Shown: one piece after another, positions 12,530 to 25,195 of the stretch | Numbering within the stretch: position 1 is the first letter of the stretch | Layout of the letters: the number at the start of each line of letters is the position of its first letter | Assembly (NCBI RefSeq): GCF_963921235.1 | Contig: NC_086108.1 | Location: 76,448,001 to 76,512,000 of the forward strand | Length of the DNA: 64,000 nucleotides | Direction: 5' to 3' | Source: Mobula hypostoma | Taxonomy: Eukaryota | Translations under genes and position numbers: made by a program | Notes under the pieces: generated by a model | Seen by the model: only the letters and a program-made list of their open reading frames with translations | Told to the model about the DNA's origin: nothing | Databases searched by the model: none

Positions 12530-13290
12530 TGGAAACCCAAGAGTACAATTGAAGGAAAGAAAAGTTAAGCTGAAAATAGTGTAAAGCATTTGATAATCAG
12601 AATATACAAAGAAGGGGCAGGAAATGGGAAGTGGCAGAAATATACAGCAGGAGGAGGAAATATGCACAGAAATTACTGACAGGTGGAAACAGTACAAAGT
12701 AGTTCTGATGAAGGACTTAGTTATCCCAATATAATAATGATAGGAGGAAACATTTCTAAAATGTATCCAGGATAATTGTCTGAAGAGTAACCTGGGTCTG
12801 ATTGTGGTCAATGACTTGGGTCAAGTGCATCAAGTTTCAGCAGAGCAACATTTTGGAGATGATGATCATCATGAAATTAGGTTAACTCTAGGAATGAGGG
12901 AGGAAGAATCTAGCCTAAAAGTAATTGCAAACTGCAAACCTGCAGGTGGACGTTCATGCCATTCCTCGGGTACTAAATTAATATTTTGCATCTGTTTTCA
13001 CCAGGCAAAAAGATGTTTCCAAAGTAATAGTGAAGAACAGGATAGCTGGAATTTTGGATACATTAAAAATAGATAGCACAGTCCTATTAGAAAAACTTGG
13101 CAAAATATAAATCAGGGTGTCACCAGGACAGGATAGAGTTCTGAGAGAAGTACAAAAGGAAACTGCAAGAGATTTGATGATGATCTTCCAATGACCATTG
13201 GACAGGGGTAGAGGGGTGGATGGTGCCAGAGGACTGAAGAATATTGACTGTTACTCAAAAAAGGGAGTACGGGCAAGTTCAGCAATTGCG
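12530..13290 (+). mobile_element. Very old CR1 remnant (endonuclease to RT-proximal pieces)
   Basis: Degenerate similarity, e.g. gagcaacattttggagatgatgatcat and ggtgccagaggactgaaga. Confidence 0.45.
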
Positions 13291-14234
13291 GCTAACAGCA
13301 ACTTCTAAGAAGCTCTAGATCTGACAAAAACTATTTGTCGTATTTTGCTAGTCAAGGAGTGAACCTTTCTTCGTTATTCTGGTTCCTAGCTCACACCCGA
13401 TTATCAACTTAAAGGATACAGCTATCACCAAAGCACTTATTTTGCTAAATGTGTGTGCATGAAAATTCAGCAATTACTTCCTTTAAATTCCTACGCTCTG
13501 TTACTCTGCGCAACTAACCACCTTAAATATCAGCTAGATAAGTCAAATATGATATAGGCATCAGATATCCATGTTAACTTTCTTTGGTCAAAATATTATT
13601 CAAGTACTGAAGTTATTCTATCCCTAATGATAGATCACGGTGATTTCCAATACAGCTGGCAGGCATAACTGCAGTTTCTTCATTTCGTCCTCCTTCATTT
13701 CCTAACTGTTGACGTAACATTTGCAATGTACTATTCATTACTTTTGAGGATCATGCTGCTGCGTTTCTAGCTCTTAATTTTCCTTGAACAAAGTGGTTTG
13801 CTAGGCTATTTCAGTGAGGATCATTGGTGGATCTGGAGTATAGTAACACACTGGCCAAACCTAACTCCTCCCCCTGCGGGAAACTAATGAGCCAAAAAGG
13901 CTTTCAACCACAATCTAGTAGTTTTGAGGTCATCATTACTAATGCTAGTTTTTAACTTTAAAATCTGAATTTGAGAATCTGTAGCTAGGGAAGTTAGAAT
14001 CAGAATGATGCAATTTATAAATCTATATTCTTCATACTTTCAAATTATATCAATTGGACATGATATCCCACTGACCAGAAAACCTCCTGAGCTCACAGCT
14101 TACCTATTTTTGTGGTATACTCTTTCTTGTGTGGTCCTTTGAAGGGAAACCAACTCCTAGTTAATTGGAAAGGCCATGGAGCAAACAGGCTCTGGGCAAG
14201 AAGTCCAGACCATACAAATTTCACCCAGGTGGGT

Positions 14235-14930
14235 AAAAGTCAGCATATCTGAGCAGGTTGCTAGCTCTTGAATAGAGCCATAAAGTCATAGGCCCTTCAG
14301 CCCAACTCATTCATGCAGACTACGATGCTGATCAAAGGAAGCCCCATTTGCCTGTGTTTGGCTCATATCCCTCTAAAGTTTTCCTATCCATGTACCAGTC
14401 CAAATGTCTTTTAAGCATTGTTATTGTACCTGCCTGAACTCATTTCATATACTTATCACCCTGGCTGAAGAAGTTGACCCTTAGGTCCTTTTCAAATCTT
14501 TCCCCTCTCACCTTACACCCATCCATTCAGGATTTTATACACCTCATTAAGATCTTCCTTACATTACAAGGATGTTGCTGGGACTTAAGGACCTGACTTA
14601 TAGGGAAAGGTTGAATAGGTTAGAACTTTATTCCCTGGAGGACTGGGAAATGAGGGAACTAGAAATCCTGGGTTAAGGTTCATGGATGAAATGTTTAAGG
14701 GGAACATGAAGGGGATCATCTTCACTCAGAGGGTGGTGAGAGCGTGGAATGAGCAGCCAGTGGAGCAGTGGCTGTGGTTCGATTTCAATATTTAACAGAA
14801 ATTTGGGTAACCTGCATGGAAGGAGTGTGGAAGGTCTATTCCTGCAGGTCAATGGGACTAGGTAGAATAATAGTTTGGCATATACTAGATAGGCCGAATG
14901 GCCTGTTTCTGTGCCCTGACTCTATGACTT
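14235..14930. mobile_element. Two CR1 3' fragments in opposite orientation (minus ~14235-14555, plus ~14565-14930)
   Basis: ggcccttcagcccaactc (reverse tail) and ttcactcagagggtggtgagagcgtggaatg...ggcctgtttctgtg...ctctatgact. Confidence 0.7.
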
Positions 14931-16728
14931 TAAAACAATAAAACAGGTTTACTTTCAAACATTTACATTTTTTTCAAACTATATCTAACTCCCATTGCAG
15001 TAATTCCACTAATTGCCATAGCTGGACAAGATAGCTAAAAGTCACATTTAAGACAAAAGCAATTGTTTAAACTCAGCACAGCAAAGGGCCTTGTGACTTC
15101 TACTAATGTCCTGGTAAACCATGAAAGATTCAATAGCCGCCAAAATACAGAATGTCTTTAGAATTTGAACAAGTCTTCATCTGAAGAGCCGTAGTTGTAA
15201 AATTGTGTACCTTTTATTTTGACTCACCACTTACCCCTGTTATGAACCGTTTAATAACCTTTTATAAAATAAATCTGTTATGGCTATAGGACAAAAAAAC
15301 TAAAGCAGCAGATAATTGCAGAGTCCTTTAAATCAACTTGAAGTCAACCTACTCCAGCATGTCACCTTGTGCATCTTTGCAACAGCTATTTATAGAGAAT
15401 AGTTTTTAAAATAGCTCAGACTTCAATTATTAGATTATAGAATTTTATCATGGGTACGTCCATTTGACTTCTTAAACATCAGGTTGTTATACTATTTATT
15501 TTGTTTACATACTGCTATTATATGTAGCACTCTTTGATATATTAGCTATGATGTAAAAGTGTTCTAAATCTTAACAATTCATATCAATCACACTATTAGT
15601 GAAGAAGATAAGTAGATTATTTTGACATCAAACCATTAATTTTAATATTAAAAATTAGAAAACTAATGTTATCCACTGGAATTATAAAGTATGTAATCAC
15701 AATTCAGCTCCAGATTGCACACCTTTCAATTCTTATACATCATTAAAAAGATGTCATTCAAGTTCAAATTCAAGCTAGTGGTCAGTAGCAAAAGCACTCC
15801 ATTACTGTTGATAACACAGTGTTGGGAAGATCTGATGAACGACATTGTTACATTCAATTACTAAGGGTGATGAGAGAATATCCCCCAAAATGATCCTCAT
15901 TATTCTGAAGGGGTTTAAAAATACGGTGTCCAGCCACTTTTAATGATGCATATTGAAATACTGGTAAGTAAATTAAAATTAAAAGATGCAGGCTAGAACG
16001 TTGTATCATGGAATGGTTATGAAAAATTGTTCTAGGAATATGTAGGGTGAAACAACGAATGTCAAATGATCATTTCATCAATGGTGGGGAAAAATGCAAC
16101 CTTTGTCTGTGTCTTTGATTGAAATTGGCTTGCAGTCTCGGGAGTCAATAACAAAAAAAAGATAACTTTCAGAAAAAGGAAGACTAAATGATATGGGAAA
16201 TACAAATGAAATAATGGTGCTTTGACAGTGATTTATTTTAAGATTGGAATTAACACAATTGCAACAATTCACCATCAATGCTACAACCTCCAACTGTCCT
16301 GATTTATTTTCCTGATATTTTTTCCCAATCTCTCTCTGGTATGATCTTCTTTAAAATCTCCAGAAATACACTTTTGTTCCTATGTGGTAGATAATACTTC
16401 TCAAAGACAACCTCTCTTCAGTGAATGTTCCATGATGTGTTATAATGCCAAAAATAGTGCATAAAATATAAGGTGTTGCTGTCCCATGATGGAAAGATAC
16501 TTGTTGTCAGTGCTGAATGCTAAGTGTGAAAAATATTTTCTCCCATGCTGAGAGTTAGCATAGAACAAAACTCTAGATAATAGCTATATTCAAATGGGTA
16601 AAAATCTTTGCATTGAGAGAAATAATTAATAATATTGTAATTTAAGCAAATTTTAGATTTTACATGAAAATCACCTTAAACACCTGCTGAAGCGGCAGTA
16701 GGTGGCCATTTAAAGTCAATCAGGTTAT

Positions 16729-17256
16729 TTAGACAATAGACAATAGGCTCAGGAGTAGGCCATTCGGCCCTTCGAACCAGCACCGCCATTCACTGTGATC
16801 ATGGCTGATCATCCACTATCAGTATCCAGTTCTTGCCTTATCCCCATAACCTATGATTCCGCTATCTTTAGGAGCTCTATCCATCTCTTTGTTGAAAACA
16901 TCAGAGACTTGGCCTCCACTGCCTTCTGGGGCAGAGCATTCCACAGATCCACCACTCTCTGGGTGAAAAATGTTTTCCTCAACTCTGTTCTAAATGGCCT
17001 AGCCCTTGTTCTTAAACTGTGGCCTCTGGTACTGGACTCACCCATCAGCGGGAACATGCTTCCTGCTTTCAACGTGTCCAATCCCTTAATAATCTTATAT
17101 GTTTCAATCAGATCCCCTCTCATCCTTCTAAATTCCAGTGTATACAAGTCCAGTCGCTCCAATCTTTCAACATATGACAGTCCCACCATCCCGGGAATTA
17201 ACCTTGTGAACCTACGCTGCATTTCCTCAATAGCAAGAATGTCCTTCCTCAAATTT
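16729..17256 (-). mobile_element. CR1 3' fragment, well preserved
   Basis: NLRKDILAIEEMQRRFTRLIPG...FFTQRVVDLWNALP; plus-strand (tagacaa)n tail; same subfamily as 49561-53250. Confidence 0.92.
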
Positions 17257-17810
17257 ACTTGTAGGAAGGCCGCTAACATTAAACTGTTCAGCACTTTAAC
17301 ACACTCCACTGAGCATAGAACAAGAACAAATGTCCAAAGTTGTTTTTGTACATGTGTTCTTTCAAATGAGAATGGGATGAGAAGTTGTGTAGCAATTCTG
17401 GGTAAAAACGCAAGAGTTCCGGTCCACATTTTCATCAGAGGTGTAAGATTCCAACACCCTTTTTACTCCTCACCTTTTATTCATTTAACCAGAGTAACAA
17501 ACAAATGTATTTTCTTTTCCTTAAAAAAATACATCCTTAGTACTAGTCATATATTTTTATATAAGTGATTGCATTAATGAACAACAAACTTCTTGTATTC
17601 TAAAACAAATACTGAAGGAAAATACTACTCCATTCAGTAAAAGGGACAGAAGCAGATTTCAGCCAATAGTCAGAATATAAGAACACATACAATCATCTCT
17701 GATCTACTAAACTCAGTCCAATATTTAGTCTAACAAAAACAATGACAATGATGATAGGAGACAAATGTTTGGTAGATTTGTCATATAATCTGTTACTTAA
17801 AAATGAAGTC

Positions 17811-17860
17811 ACCTTTATATCTTTATATTATCTTTATATCATCTTTATATTATGTTATAT
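17811..17860. repeat. Short imperfect tandem repeat (atctttatat-like unit)
   Basis: acctttatatctttatattatctttatatcatctttatattatgttatat. Confidence 0.6.
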
Positions 17861-17990
17861 GGTATCTTGTTAGATTTCCAATCTTTTATTATCCTTAAAA
17901 TTTTACAATATTTAATATGTTACTGATATCTCCATCGGGTACCACTAATCTATCTCTCCTACCCGTGCCAACTTAGAAAGGGTTCATTTT

Positions 17991-18195
17991 CAAAATGCTG
18001 GAGGAATTCAGCAGGTCAGGAAGCATCGATGAAAATGAATGGTCAACATTTCAGACCAGGTTCTGAAGAAGGGTCTTGGCCTGAAATGTTGACTGTTTAT
18101 TCACTTCTAAAGATGCTGCCTAACCTTCTGAGTTCCTCCAGCATTTTGTGTCTGTTGCTCTGGATTTCCAACATCTGCAGAATCTCTTGTGTTTC
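17991..18195. mobile_element. Degenerate palindromic Penelope terminal-repeat insertion with decayed hammerhead motif
   Basis: caaaatgctggaggaattcagcagg...ccttctgagttcctccagcattttg inverted arms; core ctgaaga-agggtcttggcct-gaaa-tgtt-gactg. Confidence 0.75.
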
Positions 18196-20144
18196 AAATT
18201 TTCAATGTCTTAAAATGGAAAAACTCTCATTATTCTCCAAACTGGCAATCTCCTCTGGACCTATGACACCATCCATATCACTGCTTTCACAATCCACAAA
18301 CTTTTCATCCTTTGTTCCTCCTTTATTTATGTTTGGGCTCTTTTGATCCACCATTGTTAATCAAATTCATCTTCAATAATATTTCTTCTCAAGAAAACAT
18401 TATTGAGTGAATATTAATGATTTCATCATGATGGATTAAATCCACATTGACTAGTAGGTAGACGGAGAGGGAAAGCTAGAATGACAAAAGGAAAGCAAGA
18501 ACAAGTGAGAAAATGAGAGAGGGAGTGTGGGGATAAGATCTCTATAATCTGATGTGGTTAGGTAATTATACTTATTCACATTGTATGAATAAAAATGCTG
18601 TTCTACATGATTGCCATGCAATTTTTAATGTGAAGTCATTTTAAAAATAAACATGAACTACAACACTTTGATCAGCATTATACACGAAAACAAGCTGTAA
18701 GTGATTAACTTGGGATTTATATTGTGTTCTTTCAGGCGAGCTAGCTGTGTATGCAAGGAACATCAGGCTATTGACAAATCCTAGCCCTTGCCTAAGCAAT
18801 TCCTGGATCTCACCGTTACAAATGTGTAGTCAGAACAGATGCTTACCATCTGCAAAGTGACACATAAGCTCTTCCCTCTTATCTCCCTTGGCTGTATGTT
18901 AATTAGGACTCTGCTCCGTGCCTTCCTCATCTCAACGTTATTATGCAGCAGCTGACCCTTTCCGACAAAGTCAAGCTCCAGTCAATATTCAGGAAAGGTT
19001 GATGAGAAAGGACGAACATTGACGGGTTAAGGAGCGGGCACTTACTAATACAAAACACAGATACTTAGTAACAAGATGTGTTAAATACAACTAAATACAT
19101 AACAATATTTTTGTTTAGAAGTAGAAGATGGGAGTTATTCTTTACCAATTTTTAAGCATTCCAGTCTATGAAATCTTCAGCACAGAGATAGTTGGAGATG
19201 TTAAAGTGAACAAAAAAATCTCTTCCATGATACAATAGGAACTAACCTAGTTACTTTCAATTGCAGTACCAAAGACATGAAATACTAGAAGGTTTAGCAA
19301 AGCTGAAATTCACTTTAAATTTGCACCGGCTTACGAAATATTTTTTGCTCAAGGAAAGCCTAAAAGCACTTTTTCTCTCCTTCATGAATCCTAGACTGCC
19401 ACCTGGAATTTCAGATCAGAAAATAATACTTCTCAATAAGCTTCTGAGTTGCAAACAAATATCTCGCAGCATGTTATCAATTTCTTTAGTGCCATTAGTT
19501 CTACTATCCTGCAGGTCGATTCCCTTGACCAGATATTTTACAGTGATAGTATTGGGGAAGAAAGAAGTACCAATGTTGCTGATTATCTCTCAAAATGACA
19601 AACATCTCGATCACCTTGTCAAGCTTCTTCCCAGTTCTGTACATGAACTAAAAGGATACTGGGTCAGTGAGTCTGTGCAGAAAAACTAGAGTTATAGCTG
19701 CAATTATTTTATTCCTTGAAGGATTCTGCATTATTTTTGCTTTATTTAAACATTTCAAATAACTTCATTTTTGTGCAAACATTTCAGAAGTAGAACAAAT
19801 GAATTAAAAAATCAACAAATCGTTTTTGAATTAGATTATATTTTTGAATCAGATGCAGGAACAGAATGAAGCCTTTCAGTCCACTGAGTCCCTCTCAACC
19901 CCATTCTTCTGCCTTCTACCCCTAACCTTTGATGCTTTTACTGGTCAAGAACCTGTCAACGTCACCTTAAGTGTATCCAATGACTTGGCCCCACCGCCGT
20001 CTGTGGCAATGAACTACACAGATTCGCCCTCTAGCTGAAGAAATTCCTCCTCATCTCTGTACTAACAGGATGCCCTTCTAGTCTGAGACGGTGCCCACTG
20101 ATCCTAGACTCCCCAACTACAGGAAAGATCTAGGTCTTTCAACA

Positions 20145-20327
20145 TTTATTTATTTGTTTGTTTGTATTCAGTACCTCTTTGGACAGTGGGAGGAAACCAC
20201 CCTCGCATTCTATGGGGAGGCCATACTGAGGCTCCTTACAGAATGGCACCAGAATTGAACCCCAAACCCTGGAACACCCCGGGCTCTAATAATGTCATGC
20301 TAACCACTATGCTACCGTGGTGCCCAT
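20145..20327 (-). mobile_element. V-SINE-like tRNA-derived SINE
   Basis: Reverse of ggcaccacggtagcatagtggttagc...gggttcaattc; V-domain-like gtgggaggaaacc. Confidence 0.7.
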
Positions 20328-20473
20328 TCTGCAGGTTTCAATAAGATCCTCTTTCATTATTCTGAACTCCAGTGAGTTCAGGGCTAAAGCCATCAAACCT
20401 CACTTTGCATTAACCCTTTCATTCCTGGGTTCATTTTTGTAAACCTCTTCTGGACCCTCTCCAATGCCAGTAC

Positions 20474-20969
20474 CAGACATCCCACCCTGCAAAAACTCAT
20501 TTCAGGGAGGTAGCACCATCAATTTGCGGGAGACTCCCGGAACTTCCGGGAGAGGTGGGATGTCTGCAATAGAGTAGCTCCTTAGCAGCAAGCCAGCTAG
20601 TTTAAATAACGTTAGCTATGCTAATGAACGAATGACACCTGTTAAACTCACCTCAACATGTCTTTTACAGTCTTAACCCACCATGGGCAATAGAAAAGTC
20701 ACTGTTGCAAACAGTGCAGTGATCGACACTGTGATTATTTTTGACCCCTATTAGGCAGGAGTACACTTTAGAGTAATCTGGGGTGACGTAAGTTTTATAT
20801 TTTCTTTTTTTGGAACACTCTCCCATGGCACTCTCGCTCTCTCTCTCACGCTCTCTCTTGCTCATAAAAAAATTGATTTCCGGAATATTGTATATAATTT
20901 GCAGGCATCAGGGAGCCACTATTAATATGCGGGAGACTCCCAGAACTTCCGGGAGAGGTGGGACGTCTG
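20474..20969 (-). mobile_element. Non-autonomous hAT-like DNA transposon with 6-bp TSD
   Basis: TIR cagacatcccacc / ggtgggacgtctg; TSD cagtac (20468-20473, 20970-20975); minus-strand relic CTVCNSDFSIAHGG..DCKRHVE (BED-like zinc finger) followed by gtgagt. Confidence 0.8.
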
Positions 20970-22208
20970 CAGTACCTCCTTTCTTAGATATAGGGCCTAA
21001 AATTGTTCACAATACTCCAAATGTGATCTGAGCAATGCCTTTTGTTTTGAAATCTAGTTATGTGATCATCACAATGCTACTGTATGCATTATGGGGCATA
21101 CGTCTAAAAGACTACTTGGACTACCAAATGAAGTAAAAATAATTAGTTTCTCTAAATTGAGTACAGGTGATTTATTTCCTAGACTCAGCCGTATAGAATT
21201 CTGAACTGAACCAACGTAAGTCTATACATCGATAATAATTTAGTAAACCTTTTATAACAAAGTCTGAAGGAATTAATTTAAAAAGCAAATAAGAACTTAG
21301 ATCAGATTATAATATTGATCATTCTATGTAAGAACTACTAATTTGTTATTTTGATAAGACTCCACTGCTTCCCTTTTTAAATATGCAAAATGAAAATGAT
21401 GTACATTATAAGCAAAAGCAGCAGGGTCAAGTAAAAGGTCAAATGGTTGATATTGTATTATAAGCGCTGCAGTCTTTTCATGTCCTTAGAAACAAAACTG
21501 AAAATTGGGGATAAAATGATAGATGAAGAAAAAGAAAGTATTCAAGTTCGGGAGGAAAACTTAACAAAATAAAGTGCAAAAGTAGATAATTTAAGGGTTA
21601 ATGAAAGACCTATGTCTTTGTCCTCTTACTTTCAAGATTTTTTTTTATATTCCTCCCTGATTTAAGAGTTCTCCTTTCTACACTGACAGTAAGGTATTTC
21701 TCGCCAGCAGATTATAAGTCACTCTGGGCTATTATTCAAGTACAAAGTCCTGGCCTCTCTGCATTTAGACCAAATATAATATCCTTCATGCATACATTAT
21801 CTGTCTTCCTATTATCTGGTATGATTTCTGAATTAAATTTCAGCGATGTAATATTGGCTTGAAGAGAGAATTTCTTTATAGGCTAGTCAAAGGTTAAAAT
21901 ACCAATCAAAATAACACTGCATATGCACCAAGACATTTTAATATTCCTAAACCCTGTGATTGTAAGGACATAATATTTTTTCCTGATTACCCCAAAGGCA
22001 ACACATGCTTACAAGACAGCTATGAGAGAAACTTCGGAGTTCAGATTGTACATAATATCCTATTTAGCTGTGACACAAAAAGAAGATCCCAATATCAGAA
22101 TAAAGCCGGGCTTAGAGCCATCAGCTCCTCATTTCAATGTAAATAGGATTGGCTATTAAGCATCTCTAAAACCTCATCCTTGAAAACGATGTCTGCTACT
22201 CAAAGTAC

Positions 22209-22281
22209 CTTTTTGAGATTAATCCACTTCTTGAAGTAATCAGGGACTGGCAGACCCAAGTACTGGCATTGTCCTGGCAGC
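22209..22281 (-). CDS. ERI3: Internal coding exon of ERI1 exoribonuclease family member 3 (DEDDh 3'-5' exonuclease)
   Basis: Minus strand ctctttccttttttctcttag|G CTG CCA GGA...CTC AAA AAG|gtactt; 73 bp, reading (M)LPGQCQYLGLPVPDYFKKWINLKK, which matches the recalled vertebrate ERI3 segment MLPGQCQYLGLPVADYFKQWINLKK; strong polypyrimidine acceptor and GT donor. Confidence 0.93.
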
Positions 22282-24350
22282 CTAAGAGAAAAAAGGAAAG
22301 AGTTTGATTCTATTACAGTACAGGCCTTTTTATTAAGCTCTTATGACAGTGGTTAGATTATGGAGATAAGTTTCAACCAAGCCACCATCCAAACAGCTAA
22401 AGATCCACTGAATGGAAAATTGGTAATACTGCTTCCTGTTTTATAATCTTAACAGAAATAAACCTCACACTTCTCTGCAATAAACCATGTTGAGGACTTA
22501 AACACCAAATCCTTCAACAACATTGAATATTTACGTTATCATATATCTTCACAGGCAGACCTCAAAAATCCCTACGTACAGTAACTATTTTTCCAACAAT
22601 TTAGACCTAGTTATGGGACTCATGCACAATAATTAAATGAACTTTAAGACTTAGCATTTTGTAAAGTTTTGTAGCCTTCAGCTCAACAATGGACATGTAT
22701 TAAAAATCATTAAAACATAGAACAATTGCAGTAATTTTTAGAACTTTAAATATAACAGGTTTAAAACAGAGATGCAAAAAAGATTGCAGCTGTTGGAAAT
22801 CTGGAGCGACACAAAATATGTTGATAGAAATTTAAGTTATATATATAGATGTCATATATTTTATTTGTTACAGGGTTTTATAAAATGTGCAATAAATATA
22901 ATCTTACTATTAAACTCAACAAATCTGAATTTCATTCTGTTTGGTAAAAGTTGAAGTAAATTTAGATTATAAACTTGCTGCTGTTGTTAGACAGTATACC
23001 AGCAATTGAATTCTGAATCAGTAACATCTATGTATTCAGCAATTGAACTTTCCCTGTACTACATCAAGGAAATCAATATTTCTTAGAGGAGTTCAAGGCA
23101 GTCATCAAATAGGGAGTTCAAATGTTCTAAAATGCGGAACCAACTCATATTCACCGCGTAAAACCAGGTATCAAATAACCATCTTAAATACTGTTTTGCT
23201 ATGATAAATAGATGATAGCAAATGTATTTTTGAGTTGTTTTTCTAACTGCATCAGTGCAGTATTTATGTTACCAACTGATGTAGAACCAAAGGTATTTTA
23301 AACACACAGCATGTCTAGATTATTTGGTTTGAAAGACAAGATTGTCGGAACACACAAGCAGCCAACATATATTTTATATATATATGGAACAAATTCCTCC
23401 ATTGTTAAAGTTCTAGGGAACATTAAAATGAAACAATTTCTTCTACAATGAAAGCTATTAGCTCCGTGTCTCCTTACTTTTAAGATTTGCCAATAAAAAT
23501 ATATTTAGATCCAGATTTCTACAGACCATTTATTAAATGTGATCAATCTGTAATACTTGTAGTATCTCACCTCATTTGGTTATTCATGCTGCAACTGAAT
23601 CTAAATTAAAACACTTCATTATATGAAATATGATGTTTTACAAGAAGCTGAAACTGAACGAAAGATGACTGACAAAATTCAGTGTGCTGAGAAATGAAAA
23701 ACATGAATAATTGGCTAGTATTTTATGCTTGGACATCCAAATATTGTCTAGATAATGTGCTGAATGGGAAGTGATCTGGCCCATTTCAATTCTATGCTTG
23801 GATTAGGTATGGATTTATCTTGAGAGTGAGCTATGAATAGCGAATTCATTTAGAGGAAAAGGTATTTTTTTCTCCCAATCTCTATGTTCTATGTTCGATC
23901 TCAGTTACACGCACAAAATTGCTCCGTTCAAAGCAGCTGATAATACCCAAAGCTGTAAAGAAGCCCGCTTACTAATTGCTAATCAAATAATTTTGCACAT
24001 ATTTTTAAAAAAACGTAAGTTTCTTCCCTTTCAATTTGGCTGGCACCAAGTTTGATAACATACTATCAGCAATGCTGCATTTTTTTTAAAACATTCTAGA
24101 GGCGAGAAGTAACCAATCATAAAATGGATGGATTATAAAGTTGATTTAAATTTGGCAAACAAAGGTGGCTAACCTTTTTTACAATTTTTTGTAATTGAAA
24201 ACAATTGAGTATTTCTCACTGAGTTATCCTGTGCTCATACTGCAGATGGACACCATGCATATAAAAATGTAAAGCATAATACATTGTGTTTCCCTTCGAA
24301 AAAAGCCCAAATCCAGACTGAATCTTGCACAGTTAGTTAGATGACTGCAG

Positions 24351-24637
24351 AGTGGTGTCATGGTTAGCATGAAGCTTTACAGTAAGATCGAGGTTCAATT
24401 CCTGCCATTGTCTGTAAGAGTATGTACATTCTCCCCAACACCGTGCGGGTTTCCTCCAGGTGCACCAGTTATCTCCCACAATCCAGAGATGCACAGTTAC
24501 TGTTAGTAAGTTGAGGCATGCTATGTTCGCACTGAAAGCATGGCTTACTTGTGGGCTGCCCCCAGCACATCATCGACACAAATGACACATTTCACTGTTT
24601 CAATGCAAATGACAAATAAAGCTAAACTAATCTAATT
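24351..24637 (+). mobile_element. V-SINE-like element
   Basis: tggttagc...ggttcaattcc head; tgtacattctcccc..gtgcgggtttcctccaggtgc core; tgacaaataaagctaaactaatctaat tail. Confidence 0.75.
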
Positions 24638-24890
24638 TGTTTGGAATAGTACAATTTTTATAAAGTTCGAAGATGAGTGTCACTGCCAAGACTACGAAGA
24701 AAATGAACCATTGAAAGCATGATGGGACACAGTCAATGTGGCTTTCTTTCCTGAAGTGTTTACATAGGATACTATACTCAAGGGAAGGCAGAGGAAATGA
24801 TACACAGACTCATTAGCAGCCCTTGAGATGTTGACCATGAAGTTTCCCTCAGGTAAAGAACTGCATTATGGATATCATGCAAACTGACCA

Positions 24891-25195
24891 AGATGATGAT
24901 GATGACATCTGGCTGTCTCGAACGACAAATGATAGTGGCGCTGGAGTGAACTCTCCAGGGCACAAGCCTTGGCAGAAGGTAGAGATATCCTGGGATGCCT
25001 AGTCATCAAGGTCCACCCCTCGGTCTCACCAGTGTAGTTCAAAGGAAAGCGAAGCTATACATTTGGCACCAGCTGGTTGCAGGAGTTGCCAGAAGGATGT
25101 CAATGAAATCCAGCCACCTTAGGGGCTCCACTCCAAATTCTCTATCTGGGTTTACTCCCGTAGCCTTCGTCTCTCCCGAGGCAGCGGGGCTATTT
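24891..25195 (-). mobile_element. RTE-derived short non-autonomous element
   Basis: Minus strand gagacgaaggctacgggagtaaaccc...ggagtggagcccctaagg resembles RTE 5' regions; ends tcgttcgagac...(cat)n. Confidence 0.55.

Larger units (their letters stand above)
19855..21040 (-). mobile_element. CR1 3' fragment interrupted by a V-SINE and a hAT-like element
   Basis: gaagaaattcctcctcatctctgt, ctggaccctctccaatgcc, acaatactccaaatgtg are reverse CR1 sequence that resumes across both insertions. Confidence 0.8.

Noticed and set aside
16795..17568. 257-aa plus-strand ORF
   Set aside because: Antisense frame of a CR1 fragment running into flanking DNA
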